Of a stretch of 64,000 nt of DNA, positions 19,209 to 29,856 are shown piece after piece; the stretch's first letter is position 1; each line of letters opens with the position of its first letter. A program made the translations under genes and the position numbers. The notes under the pieces were generated by a model, which was not told the DNA's origin, made no database searches, and saw nothing but the letters and a program-made list of their open reading frames with translations. The DNA is from Halarcobacter sp. (lineage in GTDB: Bacteria; Campylobacterota; Campylobacteria; Campylobacterales; Arcobacteraceae), in contig OY781089.1 of NCBI GenBank assembly GCA_963676565.1, positions 1,920,001-1,984,000 of the forward strand, in the 5' to 3' direction.

Positions 19209-19248
19209 CTCTTTTGAGTTTGTGCTTCTTTTCGTAGTTTTTTTAACT

Positions 19249-19824
19249 TTACCAACGTGCTTTTTGTTTTTTACTAGGAATTAGATATGGAAGTATTAAT
19301 CCGAAAATAAGACCAGCTCCTGCAACAATACCACCATATGTGAACCAACGCATCAATAGTTCATTTTGTTCTTTATCTAGCTTCTCATTTAACTTTTCAT
19401 TTTTTTGTTGAACTTGTTTTAGCTCTTTGCTCAAAGATGAATTTAACTTTTTTAATTCTTGCACTTGGTTAATATTAGTGTCTAACTCTTTTTCTAAAGT
19501 TATTTTATTTTTATCCATTTTTGAATATGAGATTTTTAGTTCTTCTAACTGTTTTTTTAATCCTGGTTGATTTGAAATATATTTTGAGCTCATCCAAACA
19601 TTACGACCTTTTGAATCTATTATTTGAGTATATTCTGCATTTTCACTTGTACTTACTACTTTGATTTTTTCACCTGCATTTACTATTCCTACAATTTTAT
19701 ATTTTGTTCCTGGCCCTGAATGGGTATATGTAAATAATTCGTCTGAAACATAATAGTTCGCTGCAAATGCTGATGTGCCTAGACAGACAGTGGTAAATAG
19801 TATTGAAAATCTTTTTTTGATCAT
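19249..19824 (-). CDS. SH3 domain protein (YgiM/TIGR04211 type)
   Basis: Signal peptide, YVSDEL....SGPG..Y.IVG SH3b motif, coiled coil, C-terminal WF.YGG.VAG.GL..GL.LP anchor. Confidence 0.85.
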   Translation of the reverse strand: MIKKRFSILFTTVCLGTSAFAANYYVSDELFTYTHSGPGTKYKIVGIVNAGEKIKVVSTSENAEYTQIIDSKGRNVWMSSKYISNQPGLKKQLEELKISYSKMDKNKITLEKELDTNINQVQELKKLNSSLSKELKQVQQKNEKLNEKLDKEQNELLMRWFTYGGIVAGAGLIFGLILPYLIPSKKQKARW

Positions 19825-20006
19825 TTTTAACCTTTATAGTAAATAATTATTTTTTAAATTTTTACAATTATAACCTATGAAGTTATTAATATTCCTTAGT
19901 GATATTAAATGAATTTCCAAGATGTTATTGAAGTAGCTTTTAAATTGAGATTTTAGCTAGGTATTAATAAAAAGTTAAATATAATTCCAAAAATTAATTA
20001 CCTAGG

Positions 20007-20372
20007 ATGATTATGAATAAAATAGTTCTAAAACCAAAAAGTCAAAAAAGATTTAGTTTATATTGCCCATTTACAAATGAAAAACTATATAACGATGATA
20101 GTTCATTTGAAATATATGAAGGTGCTGGAAACTATCTTTTCTCTATATGTGAAGATTGTCTTTTTGTTGATGCTGGAAACAACGAAGAGATTGAAAACTA
20201 TTGGAAAGATTCTGCTATAAAAGCTATTGAAAAGTTTGTAGAAAATCATAAAGAAGATAATATTTTAGTTATTGAAGTTCAAGATGGTGAAGATACTTAT
20301 TGGTTTGGATTTTTAAATGAAGAAAATATTGAATTAACAGAAGAAGAGATAGAAAAAAGATTTATAAAATAG
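20007..20372 (+). CDS. Hypothetical protein
   Basis: 121-aa ORF containing YCPF and CEDC. Confidence 0.6.
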   Translation: MIMNKIVLKPKSQKRFSLYCPFTNEKLYNDDSSFEIYEGAGNYLFSICEDCLFVDAGNNEEIENYWKDSAIKAIEKFVENHKEDNILVIEVQDGEDTYWFGFLNEENIELTEEEIEKRFIK

Positions 20373-20389
20373 GGGGAACCCTATTTTAT
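20364..20389. terminator. Bidirectional terminator-like hairpin overlapping two convergent stop codons
   Basis: ATAAAATAGGG-ggaa-CCCTATTTTAT. Confidence 0.65.
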
Positions 20390-20697
20390 GACATTTGATT
20401 TTGTGTAGATCTTTCGTAGTTTTCTATAACTTCTAAATTTTGAAGTTGAATTACTTTATGTAAATTTATTGCATCTATAACCCACCAGATAAATAATCCC
20501 AACAATATAATATAACCCACAAGTATAAAAACAGTAATAGCTCCAACCAATCCTAATACTGGATATAACCACCATTTTGACATCCCAGCATATAATCTAT
20601 GAATACCTAGCCAACCAAGAAACCACCAAAATAAATAAGCTAGCAGAACACTTTTTTGTTGTGTTTTTGCTTTCTCTAATCCAAAGTCTGTTGCCAC
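20386..20697 (-). CDS. TM2 domain membrane protein
   Basis: KS..LAYL.WWFLG.LGIHRLY.G motif. GTG start with AAGGA RBS. Confidence 0.85.
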   Translation of the reverse strand: MATDFGLEKAKTQQKSVLLAYLFWWFLGWLGIHRLYAGMSKWWLYPVLGLVGAITVFILVGYIILLGLFIWWVIDAINLHKVIQLQNLEVIENYERSTQNQMS

Positions 20698-20860
20698 TTT
20701 TTTTATCCTTTATTTTTCAATAAATCAAATTATTAATTATGGAAATTATATCGAATAATTTATTATTATTTCTTTTGCGTTAAATAATCAGTAGTAATCA
20801 AATCTTAATTATGTTAGAATTTAAATTCCAAAATAAAATACTTCTCAAGGGATTAGTAAT

Positions 20861-21727
20861 ATGGAATATCAAATCTCCAACAATTTTATCACTGCGTGTG
20901 TAAAAGACCATGGTGCTGAGCTTTTCAGTTTAAAAAGAAATGGTGTAGACCTTGAATATATGTGGCAAGCTGATGAAAGTTATTGGGGAAGACACTCTCC
21001 TATTTTATTTCCAATAGTTGGAAAACTTTTGGATGATGAGTATGTTTATAAAGACAAAACTTACAAAATGACCCAACATGGTTTTGCAAGAGATTGTAAG
21101 TTTGAACTTTTTGAAGCAAAGAAAAATTATCTATGTTTTAAACTTCAATCCAACGAACAAACCCTTGAAAAATATCCCTTTGATTTTGAACTTTTTATCT
21201 CCTATGCACTTCTCGAAAACAAATTAAAAATCACTTACAAAGTTGTTAATTTATCAGAAAATACAATGCCTTTTTCTATTGGGGCACATCCAGCTTTTAA
21301 TTGGCCTTTAGATGATGAAAGAAGAAGTGAGTGTTATTTTAGATTTGATGAAACCAATGAACTTGAAAGACTACCTTTAACAAAAGATGGTATCTCATCA
21401 AGGAAAGAGTATATTGAACTTTTTGATGAAAGATTATATTTAAACAAAAAAATATTCAAACACGATGCTTTGGTTATAGAAAATTTAAAAAATAAATCAG
21501 TTATTTATAAAAATTGCATAAATGACAAGTTTGTTCAACTTGATTTTGAAGGTTTTGAATACCTAGGATTATGGTCAAAACCATGTGGTGCGCCATTTAT
21601 TTGTATTGAACCTTGGCATGGAATTGCAGACTTTACAGACCATAATAAAAATATAGAAGAAAAAAAAGGAATGAAGTTTTTAGAAAAAAATGAATTCTTT
21701 GAAAGTTTTTACACAATCGAGATTTAA
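20861..21727 (+). CDS. Aldose 1-epimerase family protein (LacX-like)
   Basis: GAEL.S, EYMWQAD..YW..HSPILFP.VG, HGFARD, GAHPAF and FICIEPW motifs. Confidence 0.9.
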   Translation: MEYQISNNFITACVKDHGAELFSLKRNGVDLEYMWQADESYWGRHSPILFPIVGKLLDDEYVYKDKTYKMTQHGFARDCKFELFEAKKNYLCFKLQSNEQTLEKYPFDFELFISYALLENKLKITYKVVNLSENTMPFSIGAHPAFNWPLDDERRSECYFRFDETNELERLPLTKDGISSRKEYIELFDERLYLNKKIFKHDALVIENLKNKSVIYKNCINDKFVQLDFEGFEYLGLWSKPCGAPFICIEPWHGIADFTDHNKNIEEKKGMKFLEKNEFFESFYTIEI

Positions 21728-21810
21728 AAACTAATCCATAAAGCCCATTATAAGGCTTTTTTTAGCTGTTATTTGATATTTTATGATTAATTTTAATTTA
21801 TGGATTTTTT

Positions 21811-22851
21811 ATGATTGTAAACATTACTTTACCTGACAATACTTCTTACGATATTACAATAGACACATTAAAGAATATGACCTTTGATAGAAAAGTTGTA
21901 GTAGTAACCAACCCAACTATTAGTGCTTTGCATTTAGACTATTTAACTTCTAAAATCGATGCAAAAGAACTTTCTATTGTTACTATTCCTGATGGGGAAG
22001 AGTACAAAAGAATGAACACACTAGAAACTATACTTGAACATTGTTTTGAACACAAACTAAATAGAAGCTCACTACTAATTGCATTTGGTGGTGGAGTTAT
22101 TGGTGATATGACAGGTTTTGCTGCTTCAATTTACCAAAGGGGAATTGATTTTATTCAGATTCCAACTACTTTACTTTCACAAGTAGATGCAAGTGTTGGT
22201 GGTAAAACTGGAATAAACAACAAATATGGAAAAAATTTAATTGGTGCCTTTTATCAACCAATTGCTGTAAATATTGATCCCCACTTTTTATCAACTTTAC
22301 CAAAAAGAGAGTTTGGGGCTGGTGTTGCAGAGATAGTTAAGATGGCAGTTACTTTTAACAGTGACTTTTTTAAATGGCTTGAAGAAAATGATTTAAATGA
22401 TGAAGAAAATATTAAAGTAGCTATTGCAAAATCAGTTGAAACAAAAGCTTGGGTTGTTTCTCAAGATGAAAAAGAAAGAGGACTAAGAGCAGCCTTAAAT
22501 TATGGACATACTTTTGGTCATGTAATTGAAAATGAAACAAATTATGATACATATTTACATGGAGAAGCTGTTGGTATTGGGATGACGATGGCAAATGCAC
22601 TAGCAGTAAAAATTGGATATATGACACAAGAAGACTCAAATAGAGTTACTGCATTACTTAAAAAATACGATATTCCAACAACATACAATATCAAAGATGT
22701 AGAAGATTTCTATGAACACTTTTTCTTAGATAAAAAATCTTTAGATAATAAAATCAAATTTATTGTACCAAAAGGGATTGGTGATTGCGAAATTACTGCA
22801 AATATATCAAAAGAGGATGTGATAGAAGTTTTAAAAGGTTTTAATTCGTGA
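21811..22851 (+). CDS. aroB: 3-dehydroquinate synthase
   Basis: GGGVIGDM.GF, PTTLLSQVDASVGGKTG, NYGHTFGH and LHGEAV motifs. Confidence 0.97.
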   Translation: MIVNITLPDNTSYDITIDTLKNMTFDRKVVVVTNPTISALHLDYLTSKIDAKELSIVTIPDGEEYKRMNTLETILEHCFEHKLNRSSLLIAFGGGVIGDMTGFAASIYQRGIDFIQIPTTLLSQVDASVGGKTGINNKYGKNLIGAFYQPIAVNIDPHFLSTLPKREFGAGVAEIVKMAVTFNSDFFKWLEENDLNDEENIKVAIAKSVETKAWVVSQDEKERGLRAALNYGHTFGHVIENETNYDTYLHGEAVGIGMTMANALAVKIGYMTQEDSNRVTALLKKYDIPTTYNIKDVEDFYEHFFLDKKSLDNKIKFIVPKGIGDCEITANISKEDVIEVLKGFNS

Positions 22852-24584
22852 AAATTTTAAAAACTCTTTTTATTAGCTCTTTGTTTGCTATTAGTTTATA
22901 TTCTCAAGAAAATGAAAATATCATTGAAAAAGCAGGAAATTTAGTTAATAGTGTAGTTAATGATGCAAAAGAGATTGTAGTTAATAATCTTGATGATATT
23001 AAAAGAATTGAAGAGGAAAAAAAGCTACAAGAAGAAGCTGAACGAATAAAAAAAGAGGAAGAGGAAAAAAGATTATTAAGAGCGGTTAAAATTAATGATA
23101 TAAAAAAAAGAATTGCCTTAATTGATGAACAACTAAAAGACAATATCTTACTAAAAAGATATAACAACTATGATGCGTATAGAAAAATCTCTGAAGAATT
23201 AATTCTATTAAAGAAAAGTTTAACTAACTTAGATGATAGAAGTGCAGATCAGATTTATCATTTAAACAATAAAATTAGAATTAAGAAAAATGAATTAGAG
23301 CTTATTTCAGAATACAAGGGCTCTCCAATTGGTTCTTTAATTGACCCACCTGAAATTGAAAATTATGAAGTTATTTCAAATCCATTTGGGATATTAAATG
23401 CTTTATCTTATATCAAAAAATTAGAAAACAACAAAAAAGACTTTTTGTCTGTCGAAACTAGGGTTAGGGAACTTACAAACCTTTTAGAGGAGAAGCTTTT
23501 TGCCTATTTAGAGTTATACAACTTTGAGCAAAAGCAAGAATATAAAGAAGAGTTAGAGTTTTTAGAAAAAGAGAAAAAAGACTTTAATATGGTTTTAGAA
23601 ATTGTATCAACAACTGAAGAGGTTTATACAAGAAAAATAGAACAAGTTATTTTAGAAACAAAAGGTCAAATCTCAGAACAAATTGAAAAAATATTCAATC
23701 TTGGATTGATAATCGTAATTTTATTTTTTGTTGCTTTTTTAATAAAACTTGCACTTAAGAAGTATTTTTCTCAAAATGAAAACTATTATATGACAAATAA
23801 AATCATAAATTTTACAGTTGTCTTTTTTGTTTTGATGGTCTTACTTTTTTCTTATATTGATAATGTTTCATACATCGTAACAATCCTTGGGTTCGCATCT
23901 GCGGGTATTGCTATTGCCTTAAAAGATTGGTTTATGTCTATTTTTGGTTGGCTTGTTATTGTAACTTCAGGTTCAATCTCAGTAGGTGATAGAATCAAAG
24001 TAACAAGAGATGGTCAACAAGTTGTAGGTGATGTACTTGATATTTCATTATTCAAGATGACTATTAGAGAAGATATTACATATACTTCATATAGAGTTAA
24101 TAGAAGAACAGGAAGAATTTTCTTTATTCCAAATAACTATATTTTTTCTGAGATGATTGCAAACTATACACACTCAGGATTAAGAACAGTTTGGGATGGA
24201 ATTGATATTGCTATTACTTTTGATTCAAATCATAAAAAAGCACAAAATATTGTAAAAAATATTTTAAAACACTACTCAAAAGGTTATACAGATATCACTA
24301 GAAAACAGCTTTCAAAAATGAGAAGCAAATATCAGTTAAGAGCAACAGGTGTAGAACCTAGAGTTTACACCTTTGCTGAACCATACGGTATAGTGATTTC
24401 AGGATGGTATTTAACAAACTCATATTCAGCATTGGTTTTAAGAAGTACAATGTCTCCTGAGATTATTGAAGCATTTTTAAAAGAAGATGATATAACAATC
24501 GCATACCCAACTCAAACAGTAAACACTACAGGTGGTAATCAAAACTTTAGAGTTCCACCTGCTGATTTACCAGAGGTGCCATAA
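22848..24584 (+). CDS. MscS-family mechanosensitive channel with large periplasmic N-terminus
   Basis: Signal peptide, coiled coil, TM helices, GFASAGIAIALKD, VGDRIKV and IAYPTQ motifs. Confidence 0.85.
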   Translation: MKILKTLFISSLFAISLYSQENENIIEKAGNLVNSVVNDAKEIVVNNLDDIKRIEEEKKLQEEAERIKKEEEEKRLLRAVKINDIKKRIALIDEQLKDNILLKRYNNYDAYRKISEELILLKKSLTNLDDRSADQIYHLNNKIRIKKNELELISEYKGSPIGSLIDPPEIENYEVISNPFGILNALSYIKKLENNKKDFLSVETRVRELTNLLEEKLFAYLELYNFEQKQEYKEELEFLEKEKKDFNMVLEIVSTTEEVYTRKIEQVILETKGQISEQIEKIFNLGLIIVILFFVAFLIKLALKKYFSQNENYYMTNKIINFTVVFFVLMVLLFSYIDNVSYIVTILGFASAGIAIALKDWFMSIFGWLVIVTSGSISVGDRIKVTRDGQQVVGDVLDISLFKMTIREDITYTSYRVNRRTGRIFFIPNNYIFSEMIANYTHSGLRTVWDGIDIAITFDSNHKKAQNIVKNILKHYSKGYTDITRKQLSKMRSKYQLRATGVEPRVYTFAEPYGIVISGWYLTNSYSALVLRSTMSPEIIEAFLKEDDITIAYPTQTVNTTGGNQNFRVPPADLPEVP

Positions 24585-25853
24585 ATGAATTTCTCAACAA
24601 ATAAACAAAAAGTTTTTTTCAAAACTTTTGGATGTAGAACAAATGTATTTGATACTCAAGTTATGATGAGTAATCTAAAAGATTTTGAAGTAACACAAGA
24701 TGAAAAAGAAGCTGATATCGTTGTAATTAACTCTTGTACAGTAACAAATAGTGCTGATAGTACAGCACGTGGTTATATCAACTCATTAAACAAGTTTAAC
24801 AAACCGCCAAGGGTTGTTTTTACAGGATGTGGGGTTTGGACAAAGGGTGAAGGACTTTTTAATGAAAACAAAGTTGACTCACTTTTTGGACACTCTGAAA
24901 AAGAAAAAATCAACGATTTATTGAAAAATGAAGAAAGATTTTTTGATGCCGGAGATTTAGAACATATTGATGATACTATTGTTGAAGAGTTTATTGGAAA
25001 AAGTAGGGCGTTTATCAAAGTTCAAGAGGGATGTGACTTTAGATGCTCATATTGTATTATTCCATATGTAAGGGGTGATGCAAGAAGCTATAAAGAGGAT
25101 AAAATCCTTGAACAAATTGAAAAGTTAGCTTCAAATGGTTTTGGAGAATTTATCTTAACTGGTACAAATGTAGGAAGTTATGGTAAAAAACAACATACAT
25201 CTTTAGCAAAACTTCTTAAAAAAATGTCACAGATTAAAGGTGTTAGAAGAATTAGAATGGGAAGTATTGAACCTATTCAAATTGATGATGAATTTAAAGA
25301 GATCATCAATGAGCCATTTATGGCAAAACATCTTCATATAGCACTTCAACACACATCTAAAGAGATGTTAAAAATCATGAATAGAAGAAATAAAGTTTTA
25401 TCTGATTTAGAACTTTTTGAGTTCTTAAGGGATAATGGCTATGCCTTAGGAACTGATTTTATTGTTGGTCATCCAGGGGAAACAGATAAGTTATGGAAAG
25501 AAGCAGTTGAAAACCTTCATAGATTTCCTTTAACTCATGTTCATGCCTTTACTTATTCAAAAAGAGATGGTACACCAAGTGCAACTATGAAAGATATTGT
25601 AAGGGGAGATATTGCAAAAGAGCGATACAATGAATTAGTATCTATAATTGATGAAAAAAACTATCAGTTTAGAAAGAACAATAAAACCACTTTAGAAGTT
25701 TTAATTGAATCACAAAAAAATGGTAACTATGTAGGCTTAGATCAACATTTCAATCAAATAGAAGTACAATCATCTGCGGATTTAGTAGGAGATTGGATTT
25801 TTATTGATGACTATGAAGCAAGGCAGGATAAAAATGTCGCAGAATTTAAATAA
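24585..25853 (+). CDS. mtaB: tRNA t6A37 methylthiotransferase
   Basis: TFGCRTN, INSCTVT, radical SAM CDFRCSYC and HVHAFTYS.R.GT motifs. Confidence 0.92.
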   Translation: MNFSTNKQKVFFKTFGCRTNVFDTQVMMSNLKDFEVTQDEKEADIVVINSCTVTNSADSTARGYINSLNKFNKPPRVVFTGCGVWTKGEGLFNENKVDSLFGHSEKEKINDLLKNEERFFDAGDLEHIDDTIVEEFIGKSRAFIKVQEGCDFRCSYCIIPYVRGDARSYKEDKILEQIEKLASNGFGEFILTGTNVGSYGKKQHTSLAKLLKKMSQIKGVRRIRMGSIEPIQIDDEFKEIINEPFMAKHLHIALQHTSKEMLKIMNRRNKVLSDLELFEFLRDNGYALGTDFIVGHPGETDKLWKEAVENLHRFPLTHVHAFTYSKRDGTPSATMKDIVRGDIAKERYNELVSIIDEKNYQFRKNNKTTLEVLIESQKNGNYVGLDQHFNQIEVQSSADLVGDWIFIDDYEARQDKNVAEFK

Positions 25854-27297
25854 AAACAAACTTGATAAAAACATAAAACTAATGGGAATTTCAGCCGTAG
25901 TTTTATTGGTACTTTTTTTATATACACTTTATAAAAGTAGTGAACATATACAACAAAGTTCTTACTACTTTGGAATAATCTTTTTACTATTTCTTTTAGC
26001 CTTTGCAATATTTGCAAGGCTAAAACAAGATAAAATTCAAAAATTCTTAAACAAAACAAAAACAAATAACAATACTTTTTCAACACAACTTGAAACTGCC
26101 CAAGAATCAAAAGAGGAAATGAGTTCAACTATTACTGCTGTTAATTCAAATACAACCTTCAAAGATGTAGCTGGAATTTCTGAGGTTAAAGGTGAGCTTG
26201 AAGAGATTGTTGATTTTTTAAATAACCCAAGTAAATATATGCAATTTGGTGTGAAGTTACCAAAGGGTGTTTTATTGGTTGGACCTCCTGGTGTTGGTAA
26301 AACCCTTATAGCAAGAGCAGTTGCAGGGGAAGCTGATGTTCCATTTTTTTATCAAAGTGGTGCTTCTTTTGTACAAATCTATGTTGGTATGGGTGCAAAA
26401 AAGGTGCGAGAACTTTTTATGAAAGCAAAAGCTTCTGCTCCTGCAATTATATTTATTGATGAGATTGATGCTATTGGTAAACAAAGAGGTGGTAAATCAA
26501 ATGATGAAAGAGAATCTACATTAAATGAGCTTCTAACTCAAATGGATGGTTTTGATGGTGAATCTGGAGTTATTGTTATTGCTGCAACAAATAAAATAGA
26601 AGTACTAGATGAAGCACTTTTAAGAGCAGGAAGATTTGATAGAAGAGTTTTTATTAATCTACCAAATAAAGGTGATAGAAAAAAGATATTAGAGCTATAT
26701 TTAAAAAATAAACACTATGAATTTGATTTAGAGAAACTTGCTATTGATACTGCTGGATTTAATTCTGCAGCACTTTCAACACTTATAAATGAAGCCCTTT
26801 TAAATATGATAAAAAGAGATTCAAAAAACTTAGAGTTAGAAGATATTGAAATTGCAAAAAGAAAAATCGAGTTTGGTAAAAAAGAGACTCTTATTTTAGA
26901 TGAAAAACAAAAAGAGATTTTAGCTATTTATCAAGCTAGTAAAGCTTTTATTTCTAAATCAAAAATAGCATTGTTTGAAGAGGGAATCTCAAAAATTGAC
27001 TCAGTTTATCCTTCTTACAATGAATTACTTGAGAATATAAAAAGATATCTTGCTGGAACAATTGGTGTTGAAGTTATTAAAAAACAAAGATATGCGATAA
27101 ATGATGAAGATATTAAAAGTGCTTACTCTTTAGCTGATTCAATTGTTACAAACCATAAAATGGCAAAAGATGCAAACGCTTTAATAGAAAAAGTTAGTAA
27201 TGAACTAAGAACAAATCTATCTGAAAATATTCAAGAGATAAATAGATTAAAAGAGATTATCTTAAAAAATGAGGTTATAAATCAAGATGACCTTTAA
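25834..27297 (+). CDS. FtsH-like membrane AAA+ ATPase lacking the HEXXH protease motif
   Basis: Two TM helices, GPPGVGKT, IFIDEIDA and LRAGRFDR. AIYQASKA sits where FtsH has AYHEAGHA. Start placed at the Met at 25834. Confidence 0.85.
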   Translation: MSQNLNKNKLDKNIKLMGISAVVLLVLFLYTLYKSSEHIQQSSYYFGIIFLLFLLAFAIFARLKQDKIQKFLNKTKTNNNTFSTQLETAQESKEEMSSTITAVNSNTTFKDVAGISEVKGELEEIVDFLNNPSKYMQFGVKLPKGVLLVGPPGVGKTLIARAVAGEADVPFFYQSGASFVQIYVGMGAKKVRELFMKAKASAPAIIFIDEIDAIGKQRGGKSNDERESTLNELLTQMDGFDGESGVIVIAATNKIEVLDEALLRAGRFDRRVFINLPNKGDRKKILELYLKNKHYEFDLEKLAIDTAGFNSAALSTLINEALLNMIKRDSKNLELEDIEIAKRKIEFGKKETLILDEKQKEILAIYQASKAFISKSKIALFEEGISKIDSVYPSYNELLENIKRYLAGTIGVEVIKKQRYAINDEDIKSAYSLADSIVTNHKMAKDANALIEKVSNELRTNLSENIQEINRLKEIILKNEVINQDDL

Positions 27298-27811
27298 GTA
27301 TTTTAGTGGTTTTTCTTTAGAAAAGGAAAGTGAACTTTTTAAAGAATATATAAACGAAAATGATTTTACAGTTTGTGGTTTTTCCTATGGAGCTATAAAA
27401 GCTTTTGAGGAAGTTTATAACGGAAATCAAAGAGTTGATAACTTACAACTTTTTTCACCTGCTTTTTTTCAAACAGAAGATAAAAGATTCAAAAGAACAC
27501 AACTGATGTTTTTTAAAAAAGATGAAAATACCTATTGCGATAATTTTTTAGAAAACATCTCTTTTCCCTCAAACTTTAAAATGAAACAATTCTTTAAAAA
27601 AGGTTTATATGAAGAGTTAGAGGAACTTTTAAATTATGAATGGGATGAAACAAAACTTCAAGAGCTTACAAACAGAGGTGTTAAAATCGAAGTTTATTTA
27701 GGTGAAGAGGATAAAATATTTGATTCTTTAAAAGCTTGTGAATTTTTTAGAAACTATGTAACAGTTTATTTTATAAAAAATGTTGGACATATATTAAAAG
27801 AAAAGGAATAA
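27287..27811 (+). CDS. bioV: Pimeloyl-ACP methyl ester esterase BioV
   Basis: YFSGFSL start, GFSYG nucleophile elbow, LQLFSPAFF, terminal GH. Conserved epsilonproteobacterial context. Confidence 0.8.
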   Translation: MTFKYFSGFSLEKESELFKEYINENDFTVCGFSYGAIKAFEEVYNGNQRVDNLQLFSPAFFQTEDKRFKRTQLMFFKKDENTYCDNFLENISFPSNFKMKQFFKKGLYEELEELLNYEWDETKLQELTNRGVKIEVYLGEEDKIFDSLKACEFFRNYVTVYFIKNVGHILKEKE

Positions 27812-27813
27812 TA

Positions 27814-28344
27814 TTGATAGCAAAAATTGGAATTATAACAGCAAGTGACAGAGCAAGTAGAGGGGAATATGAAGATATCTCTGGACAAGCAATAATTGAC
27901 ACTATGAATGATTATTTAACGTCTCCTTGGGAAAGTGTATATAGATGTATTGAAGATGATCAAAAAACAATTGAAGATACTATGAAGGACTTAGTTGATA
28001 ATGAAGGGTGCTGTTTAGTTGTAACAACAGGTGGAACTGGACCTGCTGCAAGGGATGTTACCCCTGAAGCTACTGAAGCTGTATGTGATAGAATGATGCC
28101 AGGTTTTGGAGAGCTTATGAGAGCAGAGTCTCTTAAATTTGTACCAACTGCAATTCTTTCAAGACAAACAGCCGGACTTAGAGGAAGTTCTTTAATTGTA
28201 AATCTTCCTGGAAAACCAAAATCAATAAGAGAATGTCTTGATGCGGTTTTCCCTGCAATACCTTATTGTATTGATTTAATGGAAGGACCATTTTTAGAAT
28301 GTAATGAAGAGGTTATTAAACCTTTTAGACCAAAGAAAAAATAA
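27814..28344 (+). CDS. mog: Molybdopterin adenylyltransferase
   Basis: SDRAS.G.YED.SG, TTGGTG...RDVTPEA, PGFGE and NLPGKPK motifs. Confidence 0.95.
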   Translation: MIAKIGIITASDRASRGEYEDISGQAIIDTMNDYLTSPWESVYRCIEDDQKTIEDTMKDLVDNEGCCLVVTTGGTGPAARDVTPEATEAVCDRMMPGFGELMRAESLKFVPTAILSRQTAGLRGSSLIVNLPGKPKSIRECLDAVFPAIPYCIDLMEGPFLECNEEVIKPFRPKKK

Positions 28345-28352
28345 TAGCTAAT

Positions 28353-28381
28353 ATGAAATGTACAAAGCATGTACATTTCAT
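28353..28381. terminator. 12-bp inverted repeat after mog (terminator or operator)
   Basis: ATGAAATGTACA-aagca-TGTACATTTCAT. Confidence 0.5.
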
Positions 28382-28508
28382 GTAAAAAGAATGTAAGAAT
28401 TAATAAAAAATAAAATATTTTGTTAATTCTTTAAGATTTACTAAAAAAAAATATTTATTTTATCTTATTTAATTTATAGTTATATATATACTACTAAAAG
28501 AGGTCAAA

Positions 28509-29843
28509 ATGAAAGGTATTTTTTTCGCATTAGTGATGGCTGTTGCAACTTTTTTAATTGCTGGTTTAGCTTTTAATACGCAACATGCAACACTATTTGG
28601 AATTATTGTATTCCTTGTAGCTTTATGGACAAATGAAGCACTACCATTAGGGGTTGTATCTTTACTTCCTATAATTTTATTCCCAAGTTTAGATATTATC
28701 AGTACAAATGCAACTGTAGCAAACTACTCTAAATCTACTATATTTTTATTTTTAGGTGGGTTTATGATGGCTATTGCAACTCAAAAAACTGAACTTCATA
28801 AGTTTATTTCAAATAAACTTTTAACCCTTTTCCCAAATACACCAAGGGGTGTTTTATTTTCATTGTCAATTACAAGTGCTTTTCTAAGTTCACTTATTTC
28901 AAACACCACAACTGCACTTTTATTAATACCAATTGCAATGTTTCTAACTGATAATATAAAGTTAAAAATGAGATTAGTTTTAGCTATTGCCTATGGAGCG
29001 AGTATTGGGGGAATAGTTACACCAATTGGAACACCACCAAACTTAATATTACTGGGGTTTATGGAGCAACATGCAATAGAAGCAATTCCATTTATCAAAT
29101 GGATGATTTTAACAGGACCTTTAGCATTAGCGATGCTAATAGTTGTACCTTTTGTACTATCTTTAGGTGTTCAAGATTTATCTTTTGAAAAAGAATTGTC
29201 AGATAATCAAAAATTAACAGTTGAGCAAAAAAGATTAATGTACATGTTAGGTTCTTTAGTTGTTTTACTTTTAGTAAATTCAAAAATAGAACCATACTAT
29301 TCAGGATTAGGTTTAAATGAAAAAGGAATCCTTCTTGGATACGGACTTTTAATGTTTATACCAAAAATAGGTTTCTTAACATGGGAAGATTCAAAGAAAA
29401 TTCCATATGAAATTATTTTTCTTTTTGGTGCAGGGTTTTCCATTGCAGCTGCATTTTCCCAAACGGGACTTGCTTCCCAAATTGCAAATTATCTATTAGG
29501 TATAACTGATTTTCCAGCGATATTATTGATTTTAATAGTTGCTTCTTTGATTACATTTACAACAGAGATTACTTCAAATACAGCCTTAATCTCAATTGCT
29601 TTACCAATAATCTATTCTTTAAATGAAGTTGCTAATGTTGATATCACACTTATTTTAATGGTTGCAACAATTTGTGCTTCTTATGCCTTTATGCTTCCAA
29701 TTGCTACACCACCAAATGCTATTGCAATGAGTAGTGGTGCAGTAAAAGTAAAAGATATGTCTAAATACGGAATAGTATTTAATATTGTAGGAATAGTATT
29801 TGTTACAATAACCGCCCTTGTTTATTGGCAGTATGCTCTGTAA
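28509..29843 (+). CDS. SLC13/DASS sodium-coupled anion symporter
   Basis: Two SNT motifs, GG..TPIGTPPN and AFMLPIATPPNA, multi-pass membrane protein. Confidence 0.92.
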   Translation: MKGIFFALVMAVATFLIAGLAFNTQHATLFGIIVFLVALWTNEALPLGVVSLLPIILFPSLDIISTNATVANYSKSTIFLFLGGFMMAIATQKTELHKFISNKLLTLFPNTPRGVLFSLSITSAFLSSLISNTTTALLLIPIAMFLTDNIKLKMRLVLAIAYGASIGGIVTPIGTPPNLILLGFMEQHAIEAIPFIKWMILTGPLALAMLIVVPFVLSLGVQDLSFEKELSDNQKLTVEQKRLMYMLGSLVVLLLVNSKIEPYYSGLGLNEKGILLGYGLLMFIPKIGFLTWEDSKKIPYEIIFLFGAGFSIAAAFSQTGLASQIANYLLGITDFPAILLILIVASLITFTTEITSNTALISIALPIIYSLNEVANVDITLILMVATICASYAFMLPIATPPNAIAMSSGAVKVKDMSKYGIVFNIVGIVFVTITALVYWQYAL

Positions 29844-29856
29844 TAAATTTAAAAAA

